Below, in pieces: positions 13,971 through 26,885 of a stretch of 64,000 bases of DNA. The stretch spans positions 2,852,001 through 2,916,000 of the forward strand of contig NW_027362876.1 in the NCBI RefSeq assembly GCF_046119375.1, given 5' to 3'. Position numbers and translations under genes: made by a program. The stretch comes from Phyllobates terribilis (taxonomy: Eukaryota). The notes beneath the pieces are model-generated. The model worked only from the letters and a program-made list of their open reading frames with translations, was not told where the DNA came from and did not search any database. The stretch's first letter is position 1; every line of letters begins with the position of its first letter.

Positions 13971-14437
13971 AAACAAAAACATACAACGAAAGAGGGACTA
14001 CCATAAAGGTTTTCTTTAGAAAAATGTATAAAGTTTATTATTTAGAAAAGCTTGTAATATAAAAGGCACAAAAAATGGGGGAGAAGTGAACCAGAGAAAA
14101 GTGGTAATTAAAACAGCCTCTCACCAAAGCGATGTCCCCACCCCAGGGGACCCCGTTAATTTAATGTAATCGTATTCCTCAAGCAAAGACACTGCATAAA
14201 TCTACTATAGTCATAATAACAATAAATGGCAGTCAAGGTCAATAAATACTCATATTACACAATTAGTATACCTATATGAACCATCTGGAGTAGTGAAGGG
14301 GGTAGTAAATCTAGAGCCCCCTTCAATATCCTATTCCCATACTAATTATCGATACATACCAGGGACACAGACGTGGTTCTATTCAGGAAGCCTGAGACCG
14401 GGGGACCCGTGAGGGGGGGCACACAGGTAAGGTGAAG

Positions 14438-14477
14438 TGCCCCGACGCGCGTTTCGAACTCCCTTCTTCAGGGGGCA
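14438..14477 (-). ncRNA. Minimal type I hammerhead ribozyme motif
   Basis: TGCCCC-CTGAAGA-AGGGAGTTC-GAAA-CGCGCG-TC-GGGGCA: 6-bp stem I, intact core, palindromic stem III ACGCGCGT. Confidence 0.85.
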
Positions 14478-15393
14478 TGAAGATGAGGAGAAGTAATAGG
14501 TTTATATAGGCGCCATCCGGCGCTCGATTCCGGAAATGGCGCTACTGTCGCCATAGCGACCAGACAACGCCATCCCGCACCTTCCCGGAGCCGGAAGTGA
14601 CGCATGCATCACCACGGAGACCAAGACGCCGGCCCGCCTCCGCGTCACATGACCCCCGGCAAGAAAGTGCCGGACGTCATTGAAGATACAGAAAGCCGGC
14701 GGGCGTCCAGGGCACCGTGACGCGCATGCGTACATGGCTCCGACAAGTCCCAAAAAGATATATACATAGACATTCTCAAGACAGAGTAGAAAATAGATGT
14801 GGAACACCAATAAGAAAAGAAAGAGAATGGGAAAGAGAAAAGATTCTTTTAGAAGATAAGACAGATAATGGGCGGACATCTGGAACCATGTCACTAGGGG
14901 GAAGAGACATCTCAAATATCCTGGCATGAAATCCCCGATAATACTATAGAAGTGATCAAAGGTTAGTATCTAAAAGAGAGCTCCCTAGATAATTAGCAGA
15001 AAGCTAAGCAGCCGTTTATCGAGTATCCTAATGCTCCCAAAGTGACATATCAACAACATAATGACAGATATAACAATGAATGACGCTGATGTCCAAATCC
15101 AATTCTTCCTTTCCACAGTTCATTCTGATAGGTGATCTTTAATCATTTCAGGAGATGTCAACATATATTCTGAAACAGGTGTCCACAATAGCAATAAAGC
15201 GTAAGCTCACGGAGATGACACAAAAAATCTATAAGAATAAAAATCAGAATAAGTGCCATCGTAAAAACATATATAAAGGATATTTAAAACTCAAAGTGAA
15301 TCCACTAAATCCCATGTAAGCGCGCCCGGGCATCCCTGGGCGAATGCGTAAAAAGCGCACTCGCGCAAAGGTATCCAGGCGCGTCATGGGCGG

Positions 15394-16680
15394 TCAGAGA
15401 AAGGGGGAATAGCTGATGCCTTCATTGAGCCCATTTGGGTGTAGAGTATTCAGAGTCCAGATCCATCTGGACTCCATCTGGGCCAATCTACGACCCAATT
15501 TGCCACCTCGTATACCTGGTACTATGCAGTCAATACCTCTTACCTTAAATAATGAGGCATCACCATTATGGTAGGCCTTAAAATGGCGTGGAATGGTTTT
15601 CAGAGAGGACGTGTCCGTGTGGTCGACCGCGGCCAATATGCCCAACACGTGTTCCCGGACCCGTACCTTCAATTGGCGAGTGGTCATGCCCACATAAATC
15701 AAGTTGCACGGGCAAGTCGCAAAATAGATTACATATTTAGTGGTGCATGTTATGGATTTATTAATCTTATAACTCTTTGATCCGTCTGCTTTGAAGAACG
15801 AATCACTACGTTCTACGTTCGGGCATGCCACACATCGGCCACACGGTACACATCCACTCCTCCTAGGATGTCCATCCAAAAAAGTAGTACTTGTCACATC
15901 CTCATAGTGTGAATGCACCAAGTAGTCCCGAATATTCCTAGACCGTCTAATGGAAATAGACGGTCTATCCGAAACAAAATGTGATAATATTGAGTCAGCT
16001 TTGAGGATATGCCAGGAGCGGGCCAAAATACTCCTCAAGCGGGTAAACTGGCAGTTAAAATTGGTGACAAATCGTACTTTTACCCCGTTATCTCTATTAG
16101 TTTGGCTCCCATAGATTAAGTCATGTCTTGAAGAGAATTTAGCCCTTCTATATGCCCTCTTGATCATCCGCCGGCTATACCCTCTAGCATAAAATCTCCC
16201 CTTAAGTTCCGCAGCCTGCCTCTCAAATTCCGCATCCGTGGAGCAGATCCTCCGAATGCGGAGGAACTGCCCCACAGGTACGGCCCGAATCATGTGTCGG
16301 GGATGGGAAGAATGGGCATGCAAAAGCATGTTTGTAGACGTAGGCTTGCGGAACAGGGAGGTCTGTAAACAATTGGATGTATCCCTCCTCAAGGAGACAT
16401 CCAAAAATTCCACTTGATGTGGATCAAATTGATACGTAAGATGGATGTTATAGTCATTGGAGTTTAGTCTCTTAACAAAGTTTTTGAGGGATATAGATGA
16501 ACCCTGCCAGATCATGAGGACGTCATCGATGTAACGAGTCCAAAAGAGGACTCGGCACATCTCGTCCTCACGATCTGACAGGTAGAGGTCCCTTTCCCAC
16601 AGCCCCAGGAACAGATTAGCATAGGCCGGCGCAAAGGCCGCGCCCATGGCTGTCCCTTGGAGCTGCAGAAAGAAGGACCC
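15394..16680 (-). CDS. Penelope-like RT C-terminal half plus GIY-YIG endonuclease, open but 5'-truncated
   Basis: FLQLQGTAMGAAFAPAYANLF, RYIDD, CxxCxxC, VIYFATCPCNLIYVG..R..EH, ESRWIWTLNTLHPNGLN. Confidence 0.92.
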   Translation of the reverse strand, partial: GSFFLQLQGTAMGAAFAPAYANLFLGLWERDLYLSDREDEMCRVLFWTRYIDDVLMIWQGSSISLKNFVKRLNSNDYNIHLTYQFDPHQVEFLDVSLRRDTSNCLQTSLFRKPTSTNMLLHAHSSHPRHMIRAVPVGQFLRIRRICSTDAEFERQAAELKGRFYARGYSRRMIKRAYRRAKFSSRHDLIYGSQTNRDNGVKVRFVTNFNCQFTRLRSILARSWHILKADSILSHFVSDRPSISIRRSRNIRDYLVHSHYEDVTSTTFLDGHPRRSGCVPCGRCVACPNVERSDSFFKADGSKSYKINKSITCTTKYVIYFATCPCNLIYVGMTTRQLKVRVREHVLGILAAVDHTDTSSLKTIPRHFKAYHNGDASLFKVRGIDCIVPGIRGGKLGRRLAQMESRWIWTLNTLHPNGLNEGISYSPFL

Positions 16681-17149
16681 CTTAATTTCATGTCAATAGC
16701 ACCTTTAGTTGGGTCCGCTAAATATTTGGACAGTGACACAAGTTTTGGCATTTTATCTGTTTACCAAAACATATTGAAGATACATATGTACAAGAGAGGA
16801 GGAATCCAGCAGTGACACATCATTCCAGGTAAGCATATAAAGCTTTACTTGTATTTCACCATTAAAAACATCCAGAAGCAGTACCTGGCTGGTCAGCAAG
16901 ATAAAATAGGTATCGGGACGGACCTTCGCGTTTCAGCAATAAGCCTTATTCATGGTCTGAACATGATACTTCTAGCTCCCTATATATATGATATATCTAT
17001 GCACTCTTTGAATATGACCCATGTCAGGGGCTAATTGGAGATTAATTGTCAGCTGGTACCTAAAATTAAAAACACAAAAAATATATACCCAAAAATAGAA
17101 TATATAGATGACTGGGGTGACAATGATCCCAGTCATCTATTCATGAACA

Positions 17150-17510
17150 TTAGGGATTTTTTACAGAGACAAGCAGTTGGCATCGGAGACTTATTTTCAC
17201 CTTCCCTGGCTAATATAGTCATGTCCAAATGGGATGAACAATTTTTATATGGAGACTGTAATTTTCAATCAAGTATCATATGGTACGTCTGTTTTATTGA
17301 CGACATTTTGATATTCTGGTAGGGTACACGAGAGGAAATAGAGAACTTTGGTCACTACATTAATAATCCTTTCAATTGAAGGTTCACTAATTTTTCTCAT
17401 TAAAAAAAAAATAATAATTTTCTTGATATTAATCTTACTGTTAAACAAGGTAGTAGTAGAATATATTTCGCACCATACAGAAAACTTGTGAATATTCACA
17501 TAAATCTAAA
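17150..17510 (+). mobile_element. Second Penelope-like RT fragment (degenerate)
   Basis: FLQRQAVGIGDLFSPSLANIVMSKWDEQF..WYVCFIDDILIFW. Confidence 0.6.
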
Positions 17511-17518
17511 AACATTTA

Positions 17519-20475
17519 TCCCCTTAGTGACAGAGCCCATTTTCACCTTCCTAACCAGGTGAAATTTTTGAAATCTGACCAGTGTCACTTTATGTGATAA
17601 CTCTGGAACGCTTCAACGGATCCCAGTGATTCTGAGACTGTTTTCCATGACACATTTTACTTTATGTTAATGGTAAATTTGGGTCCATATATTTTTGCGC
17701 TTATTTGTGAAAATATTGGAAGTTTGGGGAAAATTTCCAAACTTTCAATTTTTATATCCTTAAACCAGTTAGTTCTGCTGTACAAAATAATTAATAAATA
17801 ACATTTCCCACATGTCTACTTTACATCTACATCATTTTTCAAATGTCACTTTATTTTGGTAGAATGTTAGAAAGGTTAAAACTTTAGCAGCAATTTCTCA
17901 TTTTTGCAAGAAATTTTCAAAACCTTTTTTTTTAAGGACCTATTCAGATTTCAAAGAACTTTAAGGGGCCTATATACCGTAAACTCCCCAAAAGTGATGC
18001 CATTTTAAGAACCACATCCCTCAATTATTTCAAAATCGCTGTCAAGAAATTTTTTAACCCTTCAGGTGCTACACAGGAATTAATGCAAAGTGGAATTAAA
18101 AAAATATTAATTTAAATCTTGCCTCTGAAATGTTACTTTAGCCCCAATTTTTTACTTTACAAGGGATAGCACGACAAAATGGACACCAAAATTTGATTTG
18201 TTACACAGTTTATGTGGGCAAAAACCTCTGTTTGGACAAATGGCCGGGTTCGGAAGGGAAGGAGCACTATTTGAATTTTGGAACACAAATTTGGGTAAAA
18301 TAAATTGTGGGCACTGTGTCGCATTTGCAGGGACCCTGAGGTGCCCAAACAGCAGAAACCCCCCACAAGTGACCCCATTTTGGAAACTACACACCTCACA
18401 GATTTTTTTACAGGGGTATAGTGAGCATTTTGAACCCACAGGTACCACACAGATAACATTAGGTTGACATATTGAAAATTTTCATTTTAATTTTTTCAAT
18501 GTTGTTTTAGTTCCAAATTTGTAATTTTCACAATGGATAACAGGAGAAAACGGACCCCATAATTTGTAATGCAATTTCTACTGAACTCGATGATACCCCA
18601 TATGTGGTCAAAAACTACTGTTTGGGTATATGGCAGGGCTAGGAAAGGAAAGAGAGCTATTTGTCTGGAATAGATGAATGCCATGTCGCATTTGGAGAGC
18701 CCCTGGCATAGAAAAACAGAAGAAACCTCCCAATGAATTCATCTAGGGGTGTACTGAGCATTTCTAACCTACAAGTGATTCACAAAACTTCATAACATTT
18801 AGGTGTGAGAACAAAAAATATATTTTTTCCACTAAAATACTGTTTTAGCACCAAATTTATAATTTACACAAGGGATAATGGGAGAAACTGGACCCCACAA
18901 TTTGTTAAGCAATTTCTCCCAAATGTGGCAGTACCCCATATGTGGTTGCACACTAGTGTTTGAGCACACAGCAGGGATCGGATGGGACGGAGCGCTACTT
19001 GGCTTTTAAAACAACAAAAACAAAAAAACGGAGCAAATAATATGTATCAAACCAAAGGAAAGTATCTACGTATCAGACAATTGTCTAGTACCAATAGGAT
19101 GGTGATATATCCATGCTAGGATATGAATGGCAGAACATTTGGGAATAATCAGAAACCCAAAGCAGAAACACCAATCATGAGGTCAGTCAAAAACCTTTAT
19201 TTCACAAGCAATTGGTTACATGGTGGCACTGCAGAAGCGGGTGCCCACACTATATATATATTTACACACACAAGTATCCTGAACCACAAAGGAGCAAGTA
19301 TGTACAAGTAGAATGAGGCCAAGCGTATAAAGCAATAGACCTAGTGCAGCATGTCAATGATCCTGGGGTAGCCTAAAAATAATAACATATAGATGAGCTT
19401 AATTGTATATCATAAGATGATTGTAGATATAAAGTGGCCTCACACAGGCGGCGAGTCAACTGGTGGGACCAGGGAATGAATCCCTCTTGTAAAAATTTAA
19501 ATAGAGTCAATGACTAATGAAGGAAGTGTAATGTAAGGTACGGAGTATTCCAAAGAGAGGGAAGGGGGATGGGAAACAATGGACACAACACCAGATCAAT
19601 GGCAGACAGCGTTATATATAAGAAAGAGGCTTAATGACCGGCTGTGGAGTGAAGTGCCCAGAAGATGCTGGTTAGATGTTAGAGGAAGTGTTCAACATGA
19701 GGGCCAGGTCAAAACTTGTAGACAAGCAGACAAGATAGGTAATATGCCTTATACTTCTGCTCTAAGTGGTCCAGGGTACCGAGTGTGGCGCAAAAGCCAA
19801 AACCTAAAAGCCAAAACCAAGATAACGCCTTCCATGACGTCATGTTCAGTGTTTCTGCTTTGGGTTTTGGCTTTTAGAATGCAGATTTCTAAAAGCCACC
19901 CTGAGGTGGCAGAACCGTTCCCCCTCCCCATGTTACACCATTTTGGAAACTTCACTGCCTATGAAATCCATCTAGGGGTGTAGTGAGTATTTTTAACCCA
20001 TAGGTGCCTTACAGAATTTTATAACATTGAGTTGTGGAAATATGACATTTTAGTGGTAAAAATGCAATTTTTGTATTTGCTGCAAATTTGTCAGGTACAC
20101 AAGGGTTAATAGGTGAAACTGAACCCCATAACATATTGCACAATTTCTCCTGAAAGCGGTGATGTCCCATATGTCATCAGGAATTAGTTACCTCAGGAGC
20201 CGATCATTGCCATGGTGACTCGATGTCGTCATGATGACATCCGGGTGACCAGAGCTAACAAGTTATTTAGGTCGTGCATAGTGCACGATCTACCTAACTG
20301 GTGTCAGTGCAGCACCGACTGTTATAAAGCATAGCAAAGCTCTTACATTGCTGCTATGCTTTACAACTGACTGCGATCAGAGCTGTGAAAGTGAAAGTCC
20401 CAGAGTGGAACTAAGTAAAAAAAAAGTACAATAGAAAATAGTAAAAACTTTTTTAAAAAAATGACAAAATAATAG

Positions 20476-20545
<70 letters not shown>

Positions 20546-20712
20546 TGTACATATAAATATATTGTACCGATAAATATTTTTTATGGAAAAAAAAATATAA
20601 AAAAGTACACACATTTGGTATCGTCGCATCCAGAATGACCCGACCTATAAAACGGTCCTACTAGTTAACCCCTTCAGTGAACACCGTAAAAAATAATTAA
20701 AAAACAAGGCAA
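17519..20712. mobile_element. Non-coding DNA-transposon-like repeat with roughly 340-bp internal subrepeats and an insert at about 19010-19790
   Basis: Recurrent motifs GGAGAAA..GGACCCCA.AATTTGT (18543, 18882, 20111) and CCATTTTGGAAACT..TAGGGGTGTAGTGAG; family not determinable. Confidence 0.4.
20478..20536. repeat. (TA)n microsatellite
   Basis: Direct reading. Confidence 0.95.
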
Positions 20713-23700
20713 GGGGCGTGGCCTGAGGCTTGATGTGAGCAGACACACGGACTGAGAGCTCCTGCTCATAATCTTGTAATCCCAGCCTGCACCGACAGAA
20801 AACAGATTTATACCGCTGATCCTACCTCCTAACACACTCCAGGACCTGTAAGGAGTTGATTTCGGGGGCCCCCGAGGAGAATGACCCATCAAAAGAGCCG
20901 CACTGGCAAGGAGGACAGCCAGCCCAACATGGCGCCAGCCGAAGAAGCACAACAGGGAAATAAGATGTTGGAGGCTGCATCTCGTCTGAGACGCTTTGCC
21001 CGGGTGGCAGAGGCGACTGTAGAGGATTCTCCTAAAGGTCAGCGTGGGGAGGAACAGGAGGAGCAGGGAGAAGCGTGTGCTCCTGATAAAGAGCAGCTGA
21101 CGCAGCAAAAAAATCAGCAGCAACTTTCCTGGGTATCAAGTGAAGGAATTTATTTGGCTCTGGCAGTAAACATAGAGCATACCACAGATCAGGAACCCAC
21201 CATGAGGGATGTGCTATCTGAGGTCAATATGTCCAACAAGTCCCTGACCAGCATTACCACCCATACGGGATTTATGAAGGAAGATATGTCATCTATAAGG
21301 AGAGACATTCAAAGGGCGTTTGAAAGAATTAAAGAAACAGAGGGCAGAATTAGTAATATTGAGGATGAATTGTCTCCTATACAGGATATTGAAACATACA
21401 AGCAAAATCTGATTAATAAAACAGATGACTTGGAAAAGAAACCCTGTAGAAACAATCTACTCCTCATAGAAGTCTCAGAAAGATCTGAAGGCAAAAACCC
21501 GGTTGAATTTATGGAGACCTGGTTCAGGGATGTGTTTGGAAGAGAGGTTCTGTCTCCTATGTTGGCAATAGAACATGCTCATAGGGTGGCTTTCAGACCC
21601 CCTCCACCAGGAGCTCCGCCACCACCCTTTGTATTGAAGTTACTGCATTATAGAGATACTATCACGTGACTATCCTAACTTATCCAAGACCAAAGGTGGT
21701 CATCTTTCCTGACTTCTCTGCTGAAGTGCAGAAACGCAGAGCACCATTTACATCTGTAAAGAAAAGGCTGCGAGACTTACTACTCCCATATTCTGTGATG
21801 TGTCCAGCACACCTGAGGATTGTAGTCTCAGGAAAGGTGCTTATCCATGAACCTCCCCGGGAAACTACACAATGGTTGGACATCAGCGAAGGTAAATTGA
21901 AAGCGGATAAATCCGGACCTCCATAAAAATCAAAACACTTTTGCTTTGGTGGTTTTTGAATCTTGATGCCATTTGATATGGACAGCGGGAATCTCTGAAA
22001 AGGTTTTGAAGGAGAGCTTTTCTTTTTAAGTCAGGCTTTGGACTTATAAAGGCTCCCAATCTCCCCTCCGGGAAGAAATGTCTGTAATGTTTGATTGGTT
22101 GTATTGCAATGTTAGAAGTTATTTATGTTATGTGTTAAAAAGGGGTACATGCAAAAAAGAAGGGAGGGTGGAGGAACAGCTCAAAACGGTCTACTGGTTA
22201 TTCTGTTTCCCTGCGCACATATGGCTAAGCATGTAAATACTATAGCGTGAAATGTGCGGGACATGGGAGAACCAACTAAGAGGTGGCTGTATATACTTGG
22301 TTATATCAATACCAGCCAGCTATTGTCTGCTTGTTAGAAACACATTTGACCCATGAAACAAAACAAATTCATAGGTCGTGGATAGGCCATGTTTTTCATT
22401 CAGTATTTTCTTTTAATGCCAGAGGGGTATCTGTTTTGATTTATAAATCAATCCCATTTAAATGCCTTAAAACTGTCATGGATACTGAAGGGCGGTATAT
22501 TGGTATATTAGGCTATATATACGGAATTCAAATAATTTTGGTAGCTTTATATAAACCCCCTGCATATAAGGATACAATTATTAAAAAAAATATTATACTT
22601 TACATTGGAATTTCCTACGACTCCAGTTTTGTTGGTGGGAGATTTCAATAATTATTTCCACCCACATTGGGATAGACTACATATGGGTAACATCCCTGAC
22701 CCGGCCTCCTCTACGGGGATGGCTAGATTATTTTCAGAAATTGGGTATGTGGATATTGGGAGACAGAGAAATCCTTCAATTAGACAATATTCATGCCACT
22801 CAATGTCACACCATTCCTTGTCAAGGACTGACTTGGCAATTGGACCAGAATCTCCGAATCCGTTAATGCACAAAGTAAAATATTTACACAGGGGAATCTT
22901 AGACCATTCTCCGATATGTGCGCAATTGAGAACAGGGGGAATAGAGGGGGCAATGAAATACCCGTGACGATTGAATCCATATTGGCTAATGTTGGTGGGT
23001 AATTCTTTAAAATAGGATCTGATAGAACTTTTTTAAATAAACGAGGGATCAACATCAAAAATCAAGATGATGAGTTGATTGAGAAATTTCCTCTAAGCCC
23101 TAATCAGACATTACAATTGTAACAAATTAGACACTATATAATGAGTCACCTGAAAGACACCTCCCTAGAAATTACTACTAATGACTTTGATTGCTTAGTG
23201 AGGGCCACGAGGACGTCATCATCTATCTTTCTGCAATGAGGGATGTGATGTTGGGAGTAAATACTGAATTTTTTTTTCAAACACTGGGAGAAACAATTTA
23301 ATGATCAAGACATTGGAGTTAAGATAAGAGAAGGTTGGGGAAAAACAGTAAAGCAATAACTAATGAGATGTGGAGGGAAACCCAATTTAAGATCATTCAT
23401 AAAGCAAGATACGCCTTTGATCTCCCCAAAATGCCCCTTAAACCTGATAGAATTAGTTATTGTCCTAAATGTAAAACCCCTTCTACGGATTTGTTACATG
23501 GACTTTTGGCTGTGTCCAAAACTACGCATCTTCTGGGGGCTATTCTAGATTGCATTAAAGAAATGTGGAACTTTAAAACACAACTCCCTCTTACGATGAT
23601 ATTGTTTCACTACTGGCCTAGAGATAAAACGAAAGAAGGAAGGTCTCCATTTAAGATCCCTCCATTATTCTATGTTTTGGTTCTATTGGCAAAGCGTATG

Positions 23701-24605
23701 TTACTAGGCTGCTGGTTGGAACCTTCAATCCCGACTTTACAGGATTTCACCTTACAATTAAAAAATCTATTATATCTAGAAAGAATAGAAGCAGAAAAAA
23801 ATAAACTCATGAGCAAATACTTTGTTAAATGGAAAACTTTTATTGGAAAACACTGTACTCAAGGAGAAATCACATATTGTAACGTCGTGTGTTAACTCTG
23901 TTTGGTGTCATGCTGAGAGATTGAGAGGGTCCCTAAGAAAACTCCTACAAGACCCAACAGATGATTCTGCAAATATTGTTTGATACATAAGAATCTATTG
24001 GGAAAAGTAATAGATATTAGAACTAGTGTTGAGTGAGTATGTTCTATTAACCCTTTCGCCGAGTACGCTCGGGCCGAGCTCCGAGTATTTATAGCTGCTT
24101 GGTGATATGGTTGAATCGCTCCCGTGTGTATGATTTGTGACTGTTTGACAGTTTTATTACATGTGAGGAATGTCTATTTCTTACACATTCCTCACATGTA
24201 ATAAAACTGTCAAACAGTTGCAAATCATGCACACGGGAGCGATTCAACCATATCACCGAGCAGCTATAAATACTCGGAGCTCGGCCCGAGCATACTCGGA
24301 ACAGAACATACTCGCTCAACCCTAATTAGAACACATAATGAGAAACCAACATGCATAAAGGTGTGAAATGGTTAGACAAAGATTAATAATCAATAGCATG
24401 TAGATCAGGGAAAGGAAGGAGGAGGAGAATAAGAACAAATTAGAAAGGAAGGATTGGTCTATGTCACAAGGTATGGCTGAAAGCTCAAGAATCAACAGCA
24501 AGACCCATTTGGATTGATTATTTCTTGTGTTTATGTTTGGATGTGTTTTGTATTATCTTTACAATAAAACCAATAAAACGTTAACAAAAAAAAAAAAATA
24601 AATAA
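20713..24605 (+). mobile_element. L1-clade LINE no.1 (ORF1, EN, RT deleted, C-terminus, polyA)
   Basis: ORF1 20881-21926, frameshifted (RNNLLLIEVSERSEG, IFPDFSAEVQKRR); EN about 22221-23060 (CLLETHL, VGDFNN, LSRTD..LDHSP); C-terminal CPKC..H; AATAAA plus A-tail near 24570-24605. Confidence 0.85.
24024..24324. mobile_element. hAT-type palindromic MITE (301 bp)
   Basis: 8-bp TSD ATTAGAAC (24016-24023 and 24325-24332); termini TAGTGTTGAG / CTCAACCCTA; almost the whole element is an inverted repeat. Confidence 0.9.
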
Positions 24606-25917
24606 AACTATGGGAGGCCATGAAGGCCGATGTTAGAGGAACACTTATAAGAGATATTATTAGATACAAAGATAAAACTAAAGAATTCACACAAGATCTC
24701 CAAAATGGGGTGCAACAGGCTGAGGTGCAATACATCCTAAACCCGTCAGCTGGTAATGGCCGGGAGTTAGAGACCGCTCAGAGATTATTTCATGATCATC
24801 TTATCTCTAAGGCGGAAAACAAGCAGTTCTTTACAAAGCAAAAATATTTTGAACAGGGGGAAATGTGGGGCATCTTCTTTCTACCGTAGATAAATCACAA
24901 GAAATAAATAATAAATAAAAATAAATAAAAGAGGGTCCATCTGATGTCACTCAGTTGATTATGGAAAATGGAGACACCATAACGGAAAACAATAATGTGC
25001 TAAATGCCTTTCATACTTACTATTCTAATATTTATGAATTAAGATTTAGAGGTAATGAGGACGAACTTGGATTGTTTCTTGATGATATAAAATTACCTAA
25101 AGTTTAAAGAGGAAAGTAGCTCCTAGGAAATCCACTGACAATGTCTGAACTTGAGGATGAATTACAGTCCACTACTAATGAAAAGGCACCGGCTCTGATC
25201 GACTGCTATGTGAAGTTTTTTAAAAATATAAGGATCTCCTAATCCCTAAACTATTAGATACTTTTAATGAAGCATTGGAATCAGGTCACACACCAAAATC
25301 TATGCTGTCATATCGTCCCATTTTTCTTCTATCGGTAGACACTAAAATTATTGCAAAGGCCCTGGCAAATAGATTATTTTACATTATTACAGAGATTATT
25401 CATCAGGATCAATCAGGCTTTATTCCAAACTTGTCCACAGCAATGAATTTATTATAAGACTTTTTTTGAATATTCAGAAATCAGGTGTAATAATAGGACA
25501 TAAAGCTATTCTTTCTTTCTCTCTCTATGCGGCTAAAGCATTCGATGGCGTAGAATGGAAATACCTGTGGGAGGTTCTTACAAGGTTTGGGGTGGGTCCC
25601 AAATTCCTATTATACATACAGGTTTTGTACTCGGGACCTCAGGCTAAAATAAGAACAGTCTCTTATCTGCTTCAATCACGTTGGGGAGAGGCACACGGCA
25701 GGGATGCCCCGTCTCCCCTCCTTTCCGCGATAGCCATTGAACCTTTGGCCTGTATGTTGAGTGCTAGCCCGGATATTGTAGGCTTTAAATATGGTATCTT
25801 AGATGAACGAGTTTCACTCTATGCTGACGATTTACTGATATATATACAGTTAAAAAAAGAAGTTTACATACACTATATAAAAAGACACATATGCATGTTT
25901 TTCTCAATATCTGACAT

Positions 25918-26092
25918 TAATGATGAGCGAGGGGGCTCGTTTAACCCTTTAAATGAGCACGCTTGGGTACTTGCTGAGTAGTTTTGGCGTGCTCGGCGTT
26001 TCCGTTGCAGCCACCACGGCTGCATGTGTCGTGGCTGTTACACAGCTGTGACACATGCAGGGATTGCCTGTTTGTTAGCTCGCTCATCAGTA
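25918..26092. mobile_element. hAT-type MITE (175 bp) inside the left Tc1 IR
   Basis: 8-bp TSD TCTGACAT (25910-25917 and 26093-26100); TIR TAATGATGAGCGAG / CTCGCTCATCAGTA. Confidence 0.9.
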
Positions 26093-26885
26093 TCTGACAT
26101 GAAATCAAAATAAACTTTTCCCGCTTTAAGTCAATTAGGATTATCATAATTTTTAATATGTACCAAATGCCAGAATAATGAGAGATAGAGAATGTTTTAA
26201 GGCATTTTTATTACTTACTGCAAAGTCAAAAGTTTACATACACTACGATTACTATGCCTTTAAACAATTCTGGACTGCCCATATGATGTCATGTGTTTGG
26301 AAGTTTCTGATTGTCTGACAACATTTCAGTTAATTAGAGACACACCTATAAATGTATTTTCATGTACACCTGAAACACACTGATTCTTTGTGTAGCATCA
26401 TGGGAAAGTCTAAAGAAATCAGCCAAGATATCAGGAAGACAATTGTGGACTTGCACAAGTGTGGCTTATCCTTGGGTACAATTACAAGATACCTGAAGGT
26501 ACCTCGTTCATCTGTACAAACACTTATACACAAGTACAAACAAGATGGGAATGTCCAGCGGTATCTCAGGAAGGAGACGGGTTCTGTGTCCTAGAGATGA
26601 ACGTGCTTTGGTACAACATGTGCATATCAACCCAAGGACAAACGCAAAAGACCTTGTGAAGATGATGGCGGAAGCTGGTAAGATTGTGTCAATATCCACA
26701 GTGAAACGAGTACTGTATCAACATGGGCTGAAAGGCCACTCTGCCAGGAAGAAGCTATTACTCCAAAAGAAACATAAAAAGTAAGATTAATGTTTGCAAA
26801 TGCACACAGGAACAAAGACCTTTATTTTTGGAGACATGTCCTGTAGTCTGATAAAACTAAAATTTAACTTTTGGGTCATAATGAC

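Larger units (their letters stand above)
14000..16690 (-). mobile_element. 5'-truncated Penelope-like retroelement with long 3' (pLTR) region
   Basis: RT plus GIY-YIG ORF, hammerhead motif, AATAAA on the minus strand near 14035. Confidence 0.9.
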
